42,317 nt of DNA from Chloroflexi bacterium RBG_16_64_43 (GCA_001796965.1 MGOA01000050.1:1-42317), one strand, 5' to 3'. Counted from the first letter of the stretch, positions 19,403 through 27,706 are shown. The notes: generated by a model not told the origin, from the letters alone. A program made the numbers and translations.

Positions 19403-20521
19403 TTATGGGTAGAGCGCTTCCTGCAGCAGGTTACGGATCGCATCTGGGATCGGCAGTTGGACGTCGGCGCCGGCGGGCGTGATCCAACCGTAGCACTGAG
19501 TGGGGCTGACGATACGATAGCGGCGCACGTTGTCGGGCCGCACGCTGGTGGCCATGGTCACGAAGGGAGCCAGATCCTGGAAGGAAAGATCCATGTCGAC
19601 GAATTGGCGAAGCTGGTCGAAGAAGCCCGGCATATTGGCGAGCGCGTTGAGGCTGAGCAGCCGGTTGGCAAATCCAAGAATCACTTCTTGCTGACGCCGC
19701 TCCCGGTCGAAATCACTGGTGGAATATCGCGAGCGGACATACCACAGGGCGGTAGCGCCGTCCATATGCACCACGCCGGGATACACCGTGTAGTCACCGT
19801 ACCCCTTGCGCTTGTCGGTCAGCGTTTGCGCCACGGGCACGTCTATGCCGCCGAGCGAATCGACCAGCCCGGTGAAACCGCTGAAGTTCACCCGCACCCA
19901 GTGATCCACCCGCAGGCCGAAGTTGTACATCATCGTGTCTTGGAACAACCCGAAACTCCCGCCCTCGTAGCCCAGCGTGTAGCCGATGGGGAACGCCACG
20001 TTGATGCGCTGCATGGTGTAAGCGGGTATGTACACATACAGATCGCGGGGGAACGAAATGAGCGTGGCCGTTCCGCGCGAGCGGTTGAGCGAAAGGATCA
20101 TGATCGTGTCGGTGCGATACGAGCTACCGAACGGCCGCATGTCGCTGCCCAGCAAGGCAATGTTGAGCACCTCGTCGCTCAACTCGAAGGGCTGGGCCGG
20201 GGTGGGGATGGCCGTGGGTGCAGGATAGATCGGCCCGGCGTAGGGCGACCAGGGCGGCACGCCAACATAGGGCGTGGGCGGCACGAGCGGCTCGCCAGCG
20301 CCGGGTGTTTCCTGCAGAAAGGGCGCCAGTTGAGTGGCCAGGGAAGGCAGGAAGGGCGTGGGCGTGCTTGAGGCGGGCAGGAAAGGCGTAGGTGAAATCG
20401 AGTTGCCGGGGTTCCCTCCAAAGAACATGGAGGCCCCGTTACCCAATAGCATGCAGCTCAGGCTGAGGGCGCTGGCCGCACCAAATGCGGCGGCGATGAG
20501 GGGACGTCGTCCAGCAGACAT
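19403..20521 (-). CDS. LytR-CpsA-Psr (LCP) family cell-envelope phosphotransferase
   Basis: LCP core: NIALLGSDMR...RTDTIMILSLNRSRGTATLISFPRDLYVYIP ... VDHWVRVNFSGFTGLVDSLGGIDV. An N-terminal TM is followed by a Pro/Thr linker with a duplicated TPTPFLP. ATG 20521 is preceded by AAGGAAGG. Upstream alternatives are 20569 and 20743. Confidence 0.85.
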   Translation of the reverse strand: MSAGRRPLIAAAFGAASALSLSCMLLGNGASMFFGGNPGNSISPTPFLPASSTPTPFLPSLATQLAPFLQETPGAGEPLVPPTPYVGVPPWSPYAGPIYPAPTAIPTPAQPFELSDEVLNIALLGSDMRPFGSSYRTDTIMILSLNRSRGTATLISFPRDLYVYIPAYTMQRINVAFPIGYTLGYEGGSFGLFQDTMMYNFGLRVDHWVRVNFSGFTGLVDSLGGIDVPVAQTLTDKRKGYGDYTVYPGVVHMDGATALWYVRSRYSTSDFDRERRQQEVILGFANRLLSLNALANMPGFFDQLRQFVDMDLSFQDLAPFVTMATSVRPDNVRRYRIVSPTQCYGWITPAGADVQLPIPDAIRNLLQEALYP

Positions 20522-20548
20522 TCGCCTTCCTTGAGCAACTGAAGATGT

Positions 20549-20585
20549 GCCCTGCGCGCGCAGGGCCATCTTAAGGACGATTATA
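20549..20585 (-). promoter_or_regulatory. Candidate -10 (TATAAT) plus an 18-nt perfect palindrome in the LCP 5' region
   Basis: The + strand attata (20580-20585) reads TATAAT on the minus strand. The palindrome gccctgcgc|gcgcagggc lies at 20549-20566, between the predicted TSS and ATG 20521. Confidence 0.35.
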
Positions 20586-20658
20586 CGCCCGCCGGAGTTC
20601 CAAGCGGCGATTCGCGGGGCGAGGGGCTGCCGACGAATGCCAGAGTACGCGGGACGGC

Positions 20659-23049
20659 TCAGGTGTACGCCCCGCTTTGAGGCGCAGCCAGAGGCACTTC
20701 GATGGAGAAGGTGCTGCCCTGGCCGGCCTGGCTCTCGACCCAAATACGGCCGCCGACCGATTGGGCCAACTCGTGGGCCACCGCCATGCCGATTCCCTTT
20801 TCGCCCAGGCCGGCCAGCGGAGCGCCTGTGCCGCGCGCGATCGAATCAAACACCATCGGGTAATCGTCTGGGGCGATGCCCGCCCCGCCGTCGTCGACGG
20901 AGACGAGCAGGGCCGAGGGCGGTCCGCCCTCGGGCATGCGCAGATGCGCGCGCACTCCCACCTCGCTGTGGGGCGGGGTGGCCAGCACCGCATTGCGCAC
21001 CAGGTGATAAAGCAATTGGCGCACGCAGGCCCGATCGGCCTCGGCCTCGAAGGTCGTCTCGGGCAATTCGAGGTGAATGCTCAACTCGCGTTCGCGGATC
21101 AATTCGCTGGAGGCCGTCAGGGCCGCGTCGACCTCCTCGGCCACTTCCAGCGGTCCCCAATCGACCGGGGCTTCGGAACGGGCGAACGCGGCCAGGCTTT
21201 CCAGGTCCTGCGCCAAGGCTTCGGCCTGATAGGCCCGATCGCGCAGGTGCTCGAGCGGCTGGCGTTGCATCGAGCCCAGCAACGCCGCGCCCTGACCGGC
21301 CACAAGTTCAGAGTCGCTGCGTACCGAAAGAACGGCCTTGAGCAGTTCGCGGGCGAGGGAGAGGACCACTTGTTCGCCGAGAAGCCCGCCGCGGGCCGGG
21401 GGCACCGCACGCGCCGGTTCATCCCACCCCACGCCCTGGCGCTCCAATTCCTTTTCGGCACGGTCGAGCGCCATGCGCAGCCGCTGGACCTCTTCGCTAT
21501 GTTCGGACATAAACTCGTGCAGCACTTCACCCGAAGGAGCGGGGATGGGCTGACCCGCCAAACTGGCCCGCAGCGAGGCAATCACCTCATCCCGATTGAG
21601 CAGAACCTGAGAGAGGGCTTCTTCCAGGTGGGTGACTTCGGCCTCCATCTCCTTGAGGCTTTCCGGTTGCGTCCGCTGGGTAAGCTGCACCTCCAGCGAG
21701 TCGGCCCGCCGGCGTTCGGCTTGCAGGTCCTCTTGCGCCTGTCGCAGGCGGAAGCCGAAGTCGGAGTTCTCCTCGCGCAAATTGGCCAACTCGGCATCCG
21801 ACATCAGCGCCCGCGATCGGGGCGGTTCGCGCGGCGCCTCGGGCAGCAACTGTGAGGGGGCCAGGTCGGTGACAAGCGGCGCGGCGAAAGCGCCCAATGT
21901 GCGCTGATCCTCGCTGCTCCATTCGCGTCCGCTGTAGGGTGATAGGACAAGCAAAGCCGTGCTGGCATTCGTGCCGGCGGCCAACGGCATCAGCATCGCC
22001 GGGCCGGGTTGGGGCAATCCCACCGCTTCGGCAACACGCTTGTAGTCGGCTGGCAGGTCGGCTGCAGAATAGGTGTGGACGCCGTCTTGTGCGAGTTGGG
22101 CAATGATGCTTCCACTCTGGTCGCCCGGCAGGAATGCGCCGAGCAAGGGTTGCGAGCGCACCAGATCGTATCCGGCGGTGATATGAAGACCGGCCCCGTC
22201 TTCCGCTCGCACGAGGGTCAGGGCCACATCTGCATTGAGTGTGCGGGCGGCCCAAAAGGCAAGATCTTCGGCCATGGAACGGGCTGCCATGGGCGCGCCG
22301 GCCACACCCGGGGTTTCTGGTGGCGCGGGTTCGTCGCTCGTCGCAGGGGTGAGCCGCACCGCGACAGCATGTGCCGGGCGGCTGGCCAACGCTGCGATCC
22401 ACACAATGAACAGTGGATAGACGATCACTTCCGCCGCACGTAGCAGCGTGGCGAAATCCTCATCTGGTCGGCGCAGCACGCCTTGCACTATCGCAGCCGC
22501 CAGGAGCAGGCCGATGGCCGTCAGTCGCAGGCCGCGCAGCGCGGACCGGCGCAGGAACAGGAACGCCGCGCCGATCACCGCGGCCAGCGCGAGGCTTGCA
22601 TCCCACATGGGTGCTAGCACGGTGGTGTTGAATCGCAGTTCCGGGAGCTGGAGGGCCGTGGAGTAAAGCAGCACGCTGGAGGCCAGAGCCAGCACCAGCG
22701 CCAGCCCGGCGGCGGTGAAGGCGATCAGCGCAGCCAGCCGCCCGCTCGGCTGGAGCACCAGCCAAACCAGGAGCACGGCCGAGATGACACTCGTGGCGCG
22801 ATCGGCATTGCCGAGCGCCGTTCGGGCAAACGTACCGCCGTCCCACGCGGCCCACACCGCGAGCGCCGCCAGCACGATGCGCAAAGTGACCATCACGCCC
22901 AGGCCTAGCGCGAGGCGCGTCCACAGCTCGCGGCCCAAGTGTGACCGCCACGTCGCCGCCAAGATCAGGCCCAAGACCAGCGCGAGGAGCAGAACCAGAT
23001 TGGCCGGCGGCAGGCTGAGCGCGTCGAGGATGCCGGGGGATGTGCTCAT
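20659..23049 (-). CDS. Polytopic membrane GAF-domain histidine-kinase-like protein (H-box His apparently missing)
   Basis: Roughly six N-terminal hydrophobic segments. A GAF-like block follows (ARTLNADVALTLVRAEDGAGLHITAGYD...), then an ~80-aa charged coiled coil. The DHp-like helix pair reads LSLARELLKAVLSV...DLESLAAFAR. The HATPase_c is intact: N box LVRNAV, G1 DDGGAGI, F VFD, G2 GEKGIGMAV, then GGRIWVESQAGQGSTFSIEVPL. Confidence 0.8.
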   Translation of the reverse strand: MSTSPGILDALSLPPANLVLLLALVLGLILAATWRSHLGRELWTRLALGLGVMVTLRIVLAALAVWAAWDGGTFARTALGNADRATSVISAVLLVWLVLQPSGRLAALIAFTAAGLALVLALASSVLLYSTALQLPELRFNTTVLAPMWDASLALAAVIGAAFLFLRRSALRGLRLTAIGLLLAAAIVQGVLRRPDEDFATLLRAAEVIVYPLFIVWIAALASRPAHAVAVRLTPATSDEPAPPETPGVAGAPMAARSMAEDLAFWAARTLNADVALTLVRAEDGAGLHITAGYDLVRSQPLLGAFLPGDQSGSIIAQLAQDGVHTYSAADLPADYKRVAEAVGLPQPGPAMLMPLAAGTNASTALLVLSPYSGREWSSEDQRTLGAFAAPLVTDLAPSQLLPEAPREPPRSRALMSDAELANLREENSDFGFRLRQAQEDLQAERRRADSLEVQLTQRTQPESLKEMEAEVTHLEEALSQVLLNRDEVIASLRASLAGQPIPAPSGEVLHEFMSEHSEEVQRLRMALDRAEKELERQGVGWDEPARAVPPARGGLLGEQVVLSLARELLKAVLSVRSDSELVAGQGAALLGSMQRQPLEHLRDRAYQAEALAQDLESLAAFARSEAPVDWGPLEVAEEVDAALTASSELIRERELSIHLELPETTFEAEADRACVRQLLYHLVRNAVLATPPHSEVGVRAHLRMPEGGPPSALLVSVDDGGAGIAPDDYPMVFDSIARGTGAPLAGLGEKGIGMAVAHELAQSVGGRIWVESQAGQGSTFSIEVPLAAPQSGAYT

Positions 23050-23088
23050 CGAGCGGCCCTTTCTGTGAGCACGGGGTAGATGGCCCGA

Positions 23089-25569
23089 CTATCTTATCAT
23101 GGGCAAGCGCGCGAGCGCCCACAACCCCTCGAAGGAGGCATCGCGCACGGCCGCATCCGGATCGGCCAGACTTTGCTTGAGGACCCGCATGCGCTCGGGA
23201 AAGGCGGCCTGCCGCCAAGCCTCGGCCGCGGCCAAACGCTCGCGCGGATTGCCTTCGGCCAGAGCGCGTTCGAGCACCGCCATGGCTCCGGCACCGCTGG
23301 GCACTCCGCTTCCGCGGGCGGCGGCGAAGGCCACCAGCCATGGCAGGTCCGCGGCATCCGCAGGCTTGGCCGGCGGCGGACCTTCGGGAGTGGCTTCCAG
23401 AGCCGTGGCCGCTGCGGTTCGCACGACCCATTCCTTATCGTCACGCGAGACCTTGCGCAGCACATCCACCACCCACGGCTCGTTGACTTGCGCCAGCCCG
23501 CCGATTGACGTTCTGCGGACCAAGGCGTCCGAGTCGGTCGCAGCCTCGCGCAGAATTGGGTATCCCTCCTCGCGGTCAAACGACAAGCCGACGCTCGCCG
23601 CGCGGCGGGCGTCTTCCTCGCCGGTGAGCAGCGTGCGGCCGAGTGCCTCGGCCGCCTCCTTGCGGGCCATGCGCCCGAGGCCCCTGGCCGCCGCCCAGCG
23701 CACCTCACGGTTGGCCGAGTCGAGCAGATCATCCAGCCCGGCGATGGCGCCGCCGTCGCGCAGCGCGCCGAGCCCAAGCGCCCCCAGCACTTGCCCCTCG
23801 GCGTCATCCGCCGCCTCGAGCATCTGACGGAACAAGACCAGAATGCCCGGATCGAGCGAGGCGACCAGTGCGCATGCACAGCGAGCACGCAGCGGGGAGG
23901 GCCAGCGTTCATTGCGAACCACCCCCGCCAGACGACGCAACACGTCTGATCTCCATTCGGCTTCGCCCGCATTGCGCAGCCACGCGGCGCATTCCAGTAA
24001 CGCATTGGCTTCGCGCACCCATGGCACAAGGCGCAACGTTGTGTCGGTTCCGCTGGAGGTCGGTGGGCTCTCGGAGGAGGTCGTCAGGCGGTCGCGAGTG
24101 AGAGGCCCGAGATCGAGCACATCGCCGGCGAGCGAGAGCGCCACCTCGGTGAAGGCCGTGCTGGGCAAGGCGAGCAGCGCATCGGTTGAGCCGACCCGCT
24201 CGCTGCGTGCCAGGTGGTGCGCGGCCAGTCGGCCCGCGATGGAAGGATGGGCAAAAGCCAGGCGGCCCGCCAGTGTGGCGCGCCAAATGCCGCGGGCAAT
24301 CAGTTCCGCCGACACCGCGCTGATGTCCACCGCCGGGCGGGTCTCGATCCCGGTGGCCGACGAAAGGGCGCGCTCGCCATCCGCGCGGCTGAGCACGGCC
24401 ACTCCGGCGGCGACCATCGTCCCCGCCAACTGCTTGAGGCCCGGGACCCAGGCTGGTTCGCACTGCCGGCGCACCAGCGCGTCGAGGTCGCTGGACGAGG
24501 TCTTGCCCAGCGCGTCGCCTGCGCAGGCCGACCACAGACGCAAAGTGATCTCGAGCGGCGAAGTGAGCGCAGCCGGAACGGACAACCAGCCGCGCAAGAT
24601 GTCGAGCGATGGCCATTCGGCGGAGGCCGAGGCACCGGCGATGTGTTTCTTCCAACGGTCTACCCACCGGCCTACGAAGGCTTCGTGTTTGGAGTCGGCC
24701 CAGGGCGCGACGGCGGCGCAGGTGAAGCCCATCATCTCCCACAGCGGGAGGCCGCGAAAGCCGTCGGCGACGATGATCCTCAATCGAGGCGATTGGCGCA
24801 GCAGGACGCCCAGCCACTCGCGCACACGCAGGGCGTGTGCGTCGGAGAGCTCGTCGAAGCCGTCCAGCAGGAGCCAGGGGGCCTCGCCGGTCAGCCCGCG
24901 CTGGACGAAAGCCGGAAGGCCGGGCAGCGTGCGGCGCGAGCAGTGGGGGCGCATGGCTTGCACCAGGACATCAATGGTGGGCGTCTTGCCCGGCGCCGGT
25001 TCCAGGTCTGCCGCATGCGCGAGCAACAATGACGTTGGCAGGTCCTTGCGCTCGATGAACGCGGCCAACTTGCCGGCGCGCAACCCGAGCACGATCGCGG
25101 CCAGCGCCACCGTGCGCCCGCTGCCCGGCCGCCCGCACAAGACCACATGCTGGCGGCCGCGGACGACGACCTCGAGCGGCGCCTGGGGCCAGCCGTACAG
25201 GGCGCCAAGCTGCGGCCAATCCGGCGTGAAAGGTAACACTTGCGGCAGGTCGCTCTCGGCCTCCTGCAAGGGGTCCGAGCGGGCTGGTGCGCGCAGAACC
25301 GTCGGCGGAACGAGGATCTCGTCGAGCAAGAAGAGCGGGCCAGCCAGGTGGCACGTCTGCGCCCAACGCACCAGATCGCGCGAATAGGATTGCGCCGTAC
25401 CGGTCGCCAAGATTTCGCGCCACGCGGCCCATTGTGCGCGCAGTGCGCCGAACGTGCGCAGCATGCCTGCCCGGCGGCTCACGACGAGCGCCGTGAGCAA
25501 GGCGCCCAGTGCCGCGCCGGCTGTGAAAGAGGCGGTGTCGAATTGCCAGCGCGATCCGAACAGACCCAT
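23089..25569 (-). CDS. Membrane-anchored NACHT-type STAND NTPase with C-terminal HEAT-repeat array
   Basis: N-terminal TM (FTAGAALGALLTALVV). Walker A reads GRPGSGRT (25134-25111, Lys replaced by Arg). Walker B is PWLLLDGFDELSD, followed by RIIVADGFRG. The C-terminal third contains repeated HEAT/PBS-lyase-like units (VRWAAARGLGRM, DARRAASVGL, ALVRRTSIGGLAQV, VVRTAAATALEA, AVRDASFEGLW). Confidence 0.8.
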   Translation of the reverse strand: MGLFGSRWQFDTASFTAGAALGALLTALVVSRRAGMLRTFGALRAQWAAWREILATGTAQSYSRDLVRWAQTCHLAGPLFLLDEILVPPTVLRAPARSDPLQEAESDLPQVLPFTPDWPQLGALYGWPQAPLEVVVRGRQHVVLCGRPGSGRTVALAAIVLGLRAGKLAAFIERKDLPTSLLLAHAADLEPAPGKTPTIDVLVQAMRPHCSRRTLPGLPAFVQRGLTGEAPWLLLDGFDELSDAHALRVREWLGVLLRQSPRLRIIVADGFRGLPLWEMMGFTCAAVAPWADSKHEAFVGRWVDRWKKHIAGASASAEWPSLDILRGWLSVPAALTSPLEITLRLWSACAGDALGKTSSSDLDALVRRQCEPAWVPGLKQLAGTMVAAGVAVLSRADGERALSSATGIETRPAVDISAVSAELIARGIWRATLAGRLAFAHPSIAGRLAAHHLARSERVGSTDALLALPSTAFTEVALSLAGDVLDLGPLTRDRLTTSSESPPTSSGTDTTLRLVPWVREANALLECAAWLRNAGEAEWRSDVLRRLAGVVRNERWPSPLRARCACALVASLDPGILVLFRQMLEAADDAEGQVLGALGLGALRDGGAIAGLDDLLDSANREVRWAAARGLGRMARKEAAEALGRTLLTGEEDARRAASVGLSFDREEGYPILREAATDSDALVRRTSIGGLAQVNEPWVVDVLRKVSRDDKEWVVRTAAATALEATPEGPPPAKPADAADLPWLVAFAAARGSGVPSGAGAMAVLERALAEGNPRERLAAAEAWRQAAFPERMRVLKQSLADPDAAVRDASFEGLWALARLPMIR

Positions 25570-25572
25570 GGG

Positions 25573-26274
25573 CTACCCCGTGTAAAGAATGCGGCCGCAA
25601 TTGCCGCACATCACGATCTCCTCGCCGGTGCGTGCGGCATCGACGCGCGCCTGGGAGGGGGCGACGCCGCAGCGGCCGCAGGTCGATCCATCCAGTCGTG
25701 CCACGGCCGTTCCGCGTCGTGTGCGGCGCAAGTTATCGTAGGTCCCTTGATCCTCGGGGGTGATGATCGCCACGGCTGCTTCGCGCTGGGCCAGCAAGCG
25801 CTCGACCGTCGCTGCCAACTCAGCTCGTTCTTGGTGCAGGTCGCCTTCCTGTTGCCCGCGAACCGCCTCGACTGCCTCGAGCGCAGCGCGCGCCGCGGCG
25901 TGGACTCCTTCCGCCTCATCTTGCGCGACCATTCCCTGCAATTGGCGATCTTCAAGTACGCCCAGGAAGCGCTTGAGCGAAGCCGCTTCGTTCTCGAGGT
26001 CTTTGAGCTCCTTTGGGCTGTGAACTTCGCCGCTGTATAACAGCCGTTCAGTCTCGCGGAATTTGCTCTGTTGCGAGACGACCTCACCTTCCGCTTTGAC
26101 TAGCGCGCGGCGGGCATCTTGCAGCGCCGCCTGCGCCGTGCTTTCTTGCTGGCGGGCGGCTTCCACTTCGGGCGCGACGGCCAGCAGGGCTTCGATCTCG
26201 CCCAGGCGAGTGCGCGCCCCATCAAGTTCGTGGTCGAGCAACTGCAGACGGAAAAGATTCGAGACGCGACTCAT
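25573..26274 (-). CDS. COG1579/DUF164 coiled-coil protein with C-terminal C4 zinc ribbon
   Basis: LFRLQLLDHELDGARTRLGEIE..., SGEVHSPKELKDLENEAASLKR, YDNLRRTRRGTAVARL, and a C-terminal CGRCG...CGNCGRILY. I prefer ATG 26274 over GTG 26280 because the -10 box ends at 26283. The stop lies 3 nt from the NACHT ATG. Confidence 0.85.
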   Translation of the reverse strand: MSRVSNLFRLQLLDHELDGARTRLGEIEALLAVAPEVEAARQQESTAQAALQDARRALVKAEGEVVSQQSKFRETERLLYSGEVHSPKELKDLENEAASLKRFLGVLEDRQLQGMVAQDEAEGVHAAARAALEAVEAVRGQQEGDLHQERAELAATVERLLAQREAAVAIITPEDQGTYDNLRRTRRGTAVARLDGSTCGRCGVAPSQARVDAARTGEEIVMCGNCGRILYTG

Positions 26275-26282
26275 GAGCACGG

Positions 26283-26310
26283 ATTATAGGGAATTCCCCC
26301 CCAGCGTCAA
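26283..26310 (-). promoter_or_regulatory. Near-consensus sigma70 promoter of the COG1579-NACHT-kinase operon, with a palindrome in the spacer
   Basis: Minus-strand read: TTGACG (26310-26305), 16-nt spacer ctggggGGGAATTCCC, then TATAAT (26288-26283). The ATG is 8 nt after the -10, so the mRNA is leaderless or nearly so. Confidence 0.55.
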
Positions 26311-26333
26311 CTCAACCAACCCGGCGTGCGCGA

Positions 26334-26389
26334 CAAGAATTGCCCAAGAATTCTGTTGGGGGAATTGGGGCAAGAGGCGATGTTAGAAT
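26334..26389 (+). promoter_or_regulatory. Extended -10 promoter (TGtTAGAAT) for the MFS gene, preceded by GAATT-core repeats
   Basis: TG at 26381-26382 and TAGAAT at 26384-26389. The A of ATG 26396 is the 7th nt after the -10, so a leaderless transcript is predicted. CAAGAATT occurs at 26334-26341 and 26345-26352 (11-bp phase), and GGGGGAATTGGGG at 26358-26370. Confidence 0.45.
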
Positions 26390-26395
26390 CGCGGG

Positions 26396-27685
26396 ATGCA
26401 AATCGATCACGGAGTCGGCGAGCAGGGAATCCGTCGCGACTTCCGTTTGGGCGTGATCAACGGCGCCCTCTTCGGGTTGGCCGAGACGCTGACGGATCCG
26501 GCGCTGGTCCTGGTGGCCTTTGTGGTGGCCCTGGGTGGTTCGCCGCTGTTGGTCGGGCTGGCGGCACCGATTCGCAATGCTGGATGGTACCTACCTCAAC
26601 TCCTGATTTCTGGTCGGACGCAATCGGCACCACGCACGCTGCCGATCTATGCTCGGGTCGCCGTCTTGCGTCTGGCAGGGTGGGGAGTGATCGCGGTGAC
26701 GCCGCTCCTGTTGGGGCGGCTTTCGCCCGGCGCTGTGTTGGCCGTCTTCCTAGTGGCCTTCTTTGTGGCTGAGAGCGCGGCAGGTGTGGCCGGGCTGCCC
26801 TTCCTGGAAGTCGTTTCCAAAGTCATTCCTCCCGGGCGGCGAGGCGAGTTCTTTGGCTGGAGGTTGACCCTGGCTGGAGCAGCCGGCATTGTTGCCGGGT
26901 GGCTGGTGCACGAATTGCTGCGCGACGGCGGTGCGGTCGGCCTGCCGCTCAACTACAGCGCGTTATTCTTCCTGGCTTTTCTGGCATACGTCGTGGCAAT
27001 GACCGTTTTCTTCTCGGTCGGCGAGCCGGCCAAAGCCCACACGGTGCGCGGCATCGCGCTGAGCGAGCAACTGCGTTCGGCGCGCGGGCTGTGGGCGCAC
27101 GATTCGAACCTGCGGCGCTTCCTGTATATGCGACTGGCGCTCATTGTCACCGGTGCCGCAGTCCCTTTCTACACGCTGTACGCCCAACGTGAACTCGGCC
27201 TGCCAGTTGAGGAAATCGGCGTGTATCTCACCGTGTACACCGGCACCTCGCTGGTGGCCAACCTGGCCATCGGCCGGCTGACCCGGCGGCTCGGCGACCG
27301 CCCTATCATGCGCTTGTCGGGCTGGGCCAGCCTGTTCATGTCGCTCGTGGTTATCGCGCTGGGGGTCTTCGCAGCGCGGGCCGGGGTGCGCTGGTTGAAC
27401 GCGGGGATGATCGTTGTTTACGCGCTGCTCGGCGTGCGCGAAGCGGGTATTGGCATTGCCGGGATGAGCATGCTGCTCGAGTTGGCCGGCGAGAAGGGGC
27501 GGTCGCTGTATCTCGGTCTGGCCAATTCGGTGATGGGCTTGGGCCTCCTGGCCTCTGCCGCCAGCGGGGTGCTCGTCGAGCTGGCTGGCTCGCTGGCATT
27601 GTTTGTTGTGGCCGCGTTAGCCAGCGCCGGCGCGCTGTGGTTTATCGAGAGGATTCGCGATCCAGCGATCCAGGAGGCAGCTTGA
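26396..27685 (+). CDS. MFS transporter
   Basis: 429 aa with hydrophobic segments throughout (about 12 by eye) and typical MFS loop motifs (GRLTRRLGDRPIM). Confidence 0.85.
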   Translation: MQIDHGVGEQGIRRDFRLGVINGALFGLAETLTDPALVLVAFVVALGGSPLLVGLAAPIRNAGWYLPQLLISGRTQSAPRTLPIYARVAVLRLAGWGVIAVTPLLLGRLSPGAVLAVFLVAFFVAESAAGVAGLPFLEVVSKVIPPGRRGEFFGWRLTLAGAAGIVAGWLVHELLRDGGAVGLPLNYSALFFLAFLAYVVAMTVFFSVGEPAKAHTVRGIALSEQLRSARGLWAHDSNLRRFLYMRLALIVTGAAVPFYTLYAQRELGLPVEEIGVYLTVYTGTSLVANLAIGRLTRRLGDRPIMRLSGWASLFMSLVVIALGVFAARAGVRWLNAGMIVVYALLGVREAGIGIAGMSMLLELAGEKGRSLYLGLANSVMGLGLLASAASGVLVELAGSLALFVVAALASAGALWFIERIRDPAIQEAA

Positions 27686-27706
27686 TCGATGTTTGCCTCG
27701 GCCTCA

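Noticed and set aside
20522-20743. Longer LCP reading frame starting at 20743 or at ATG 20569.
   Set aside because: The extension would overlap the kinase-like gene 3' end, the TATAAT box and the palindrome. ATG 20521 has a strong AAGGAAGG RBS and is followed immediately by a basic-hydrophobic signal anchor. A near-leaderless start at 20569 cannot be fully excluded.
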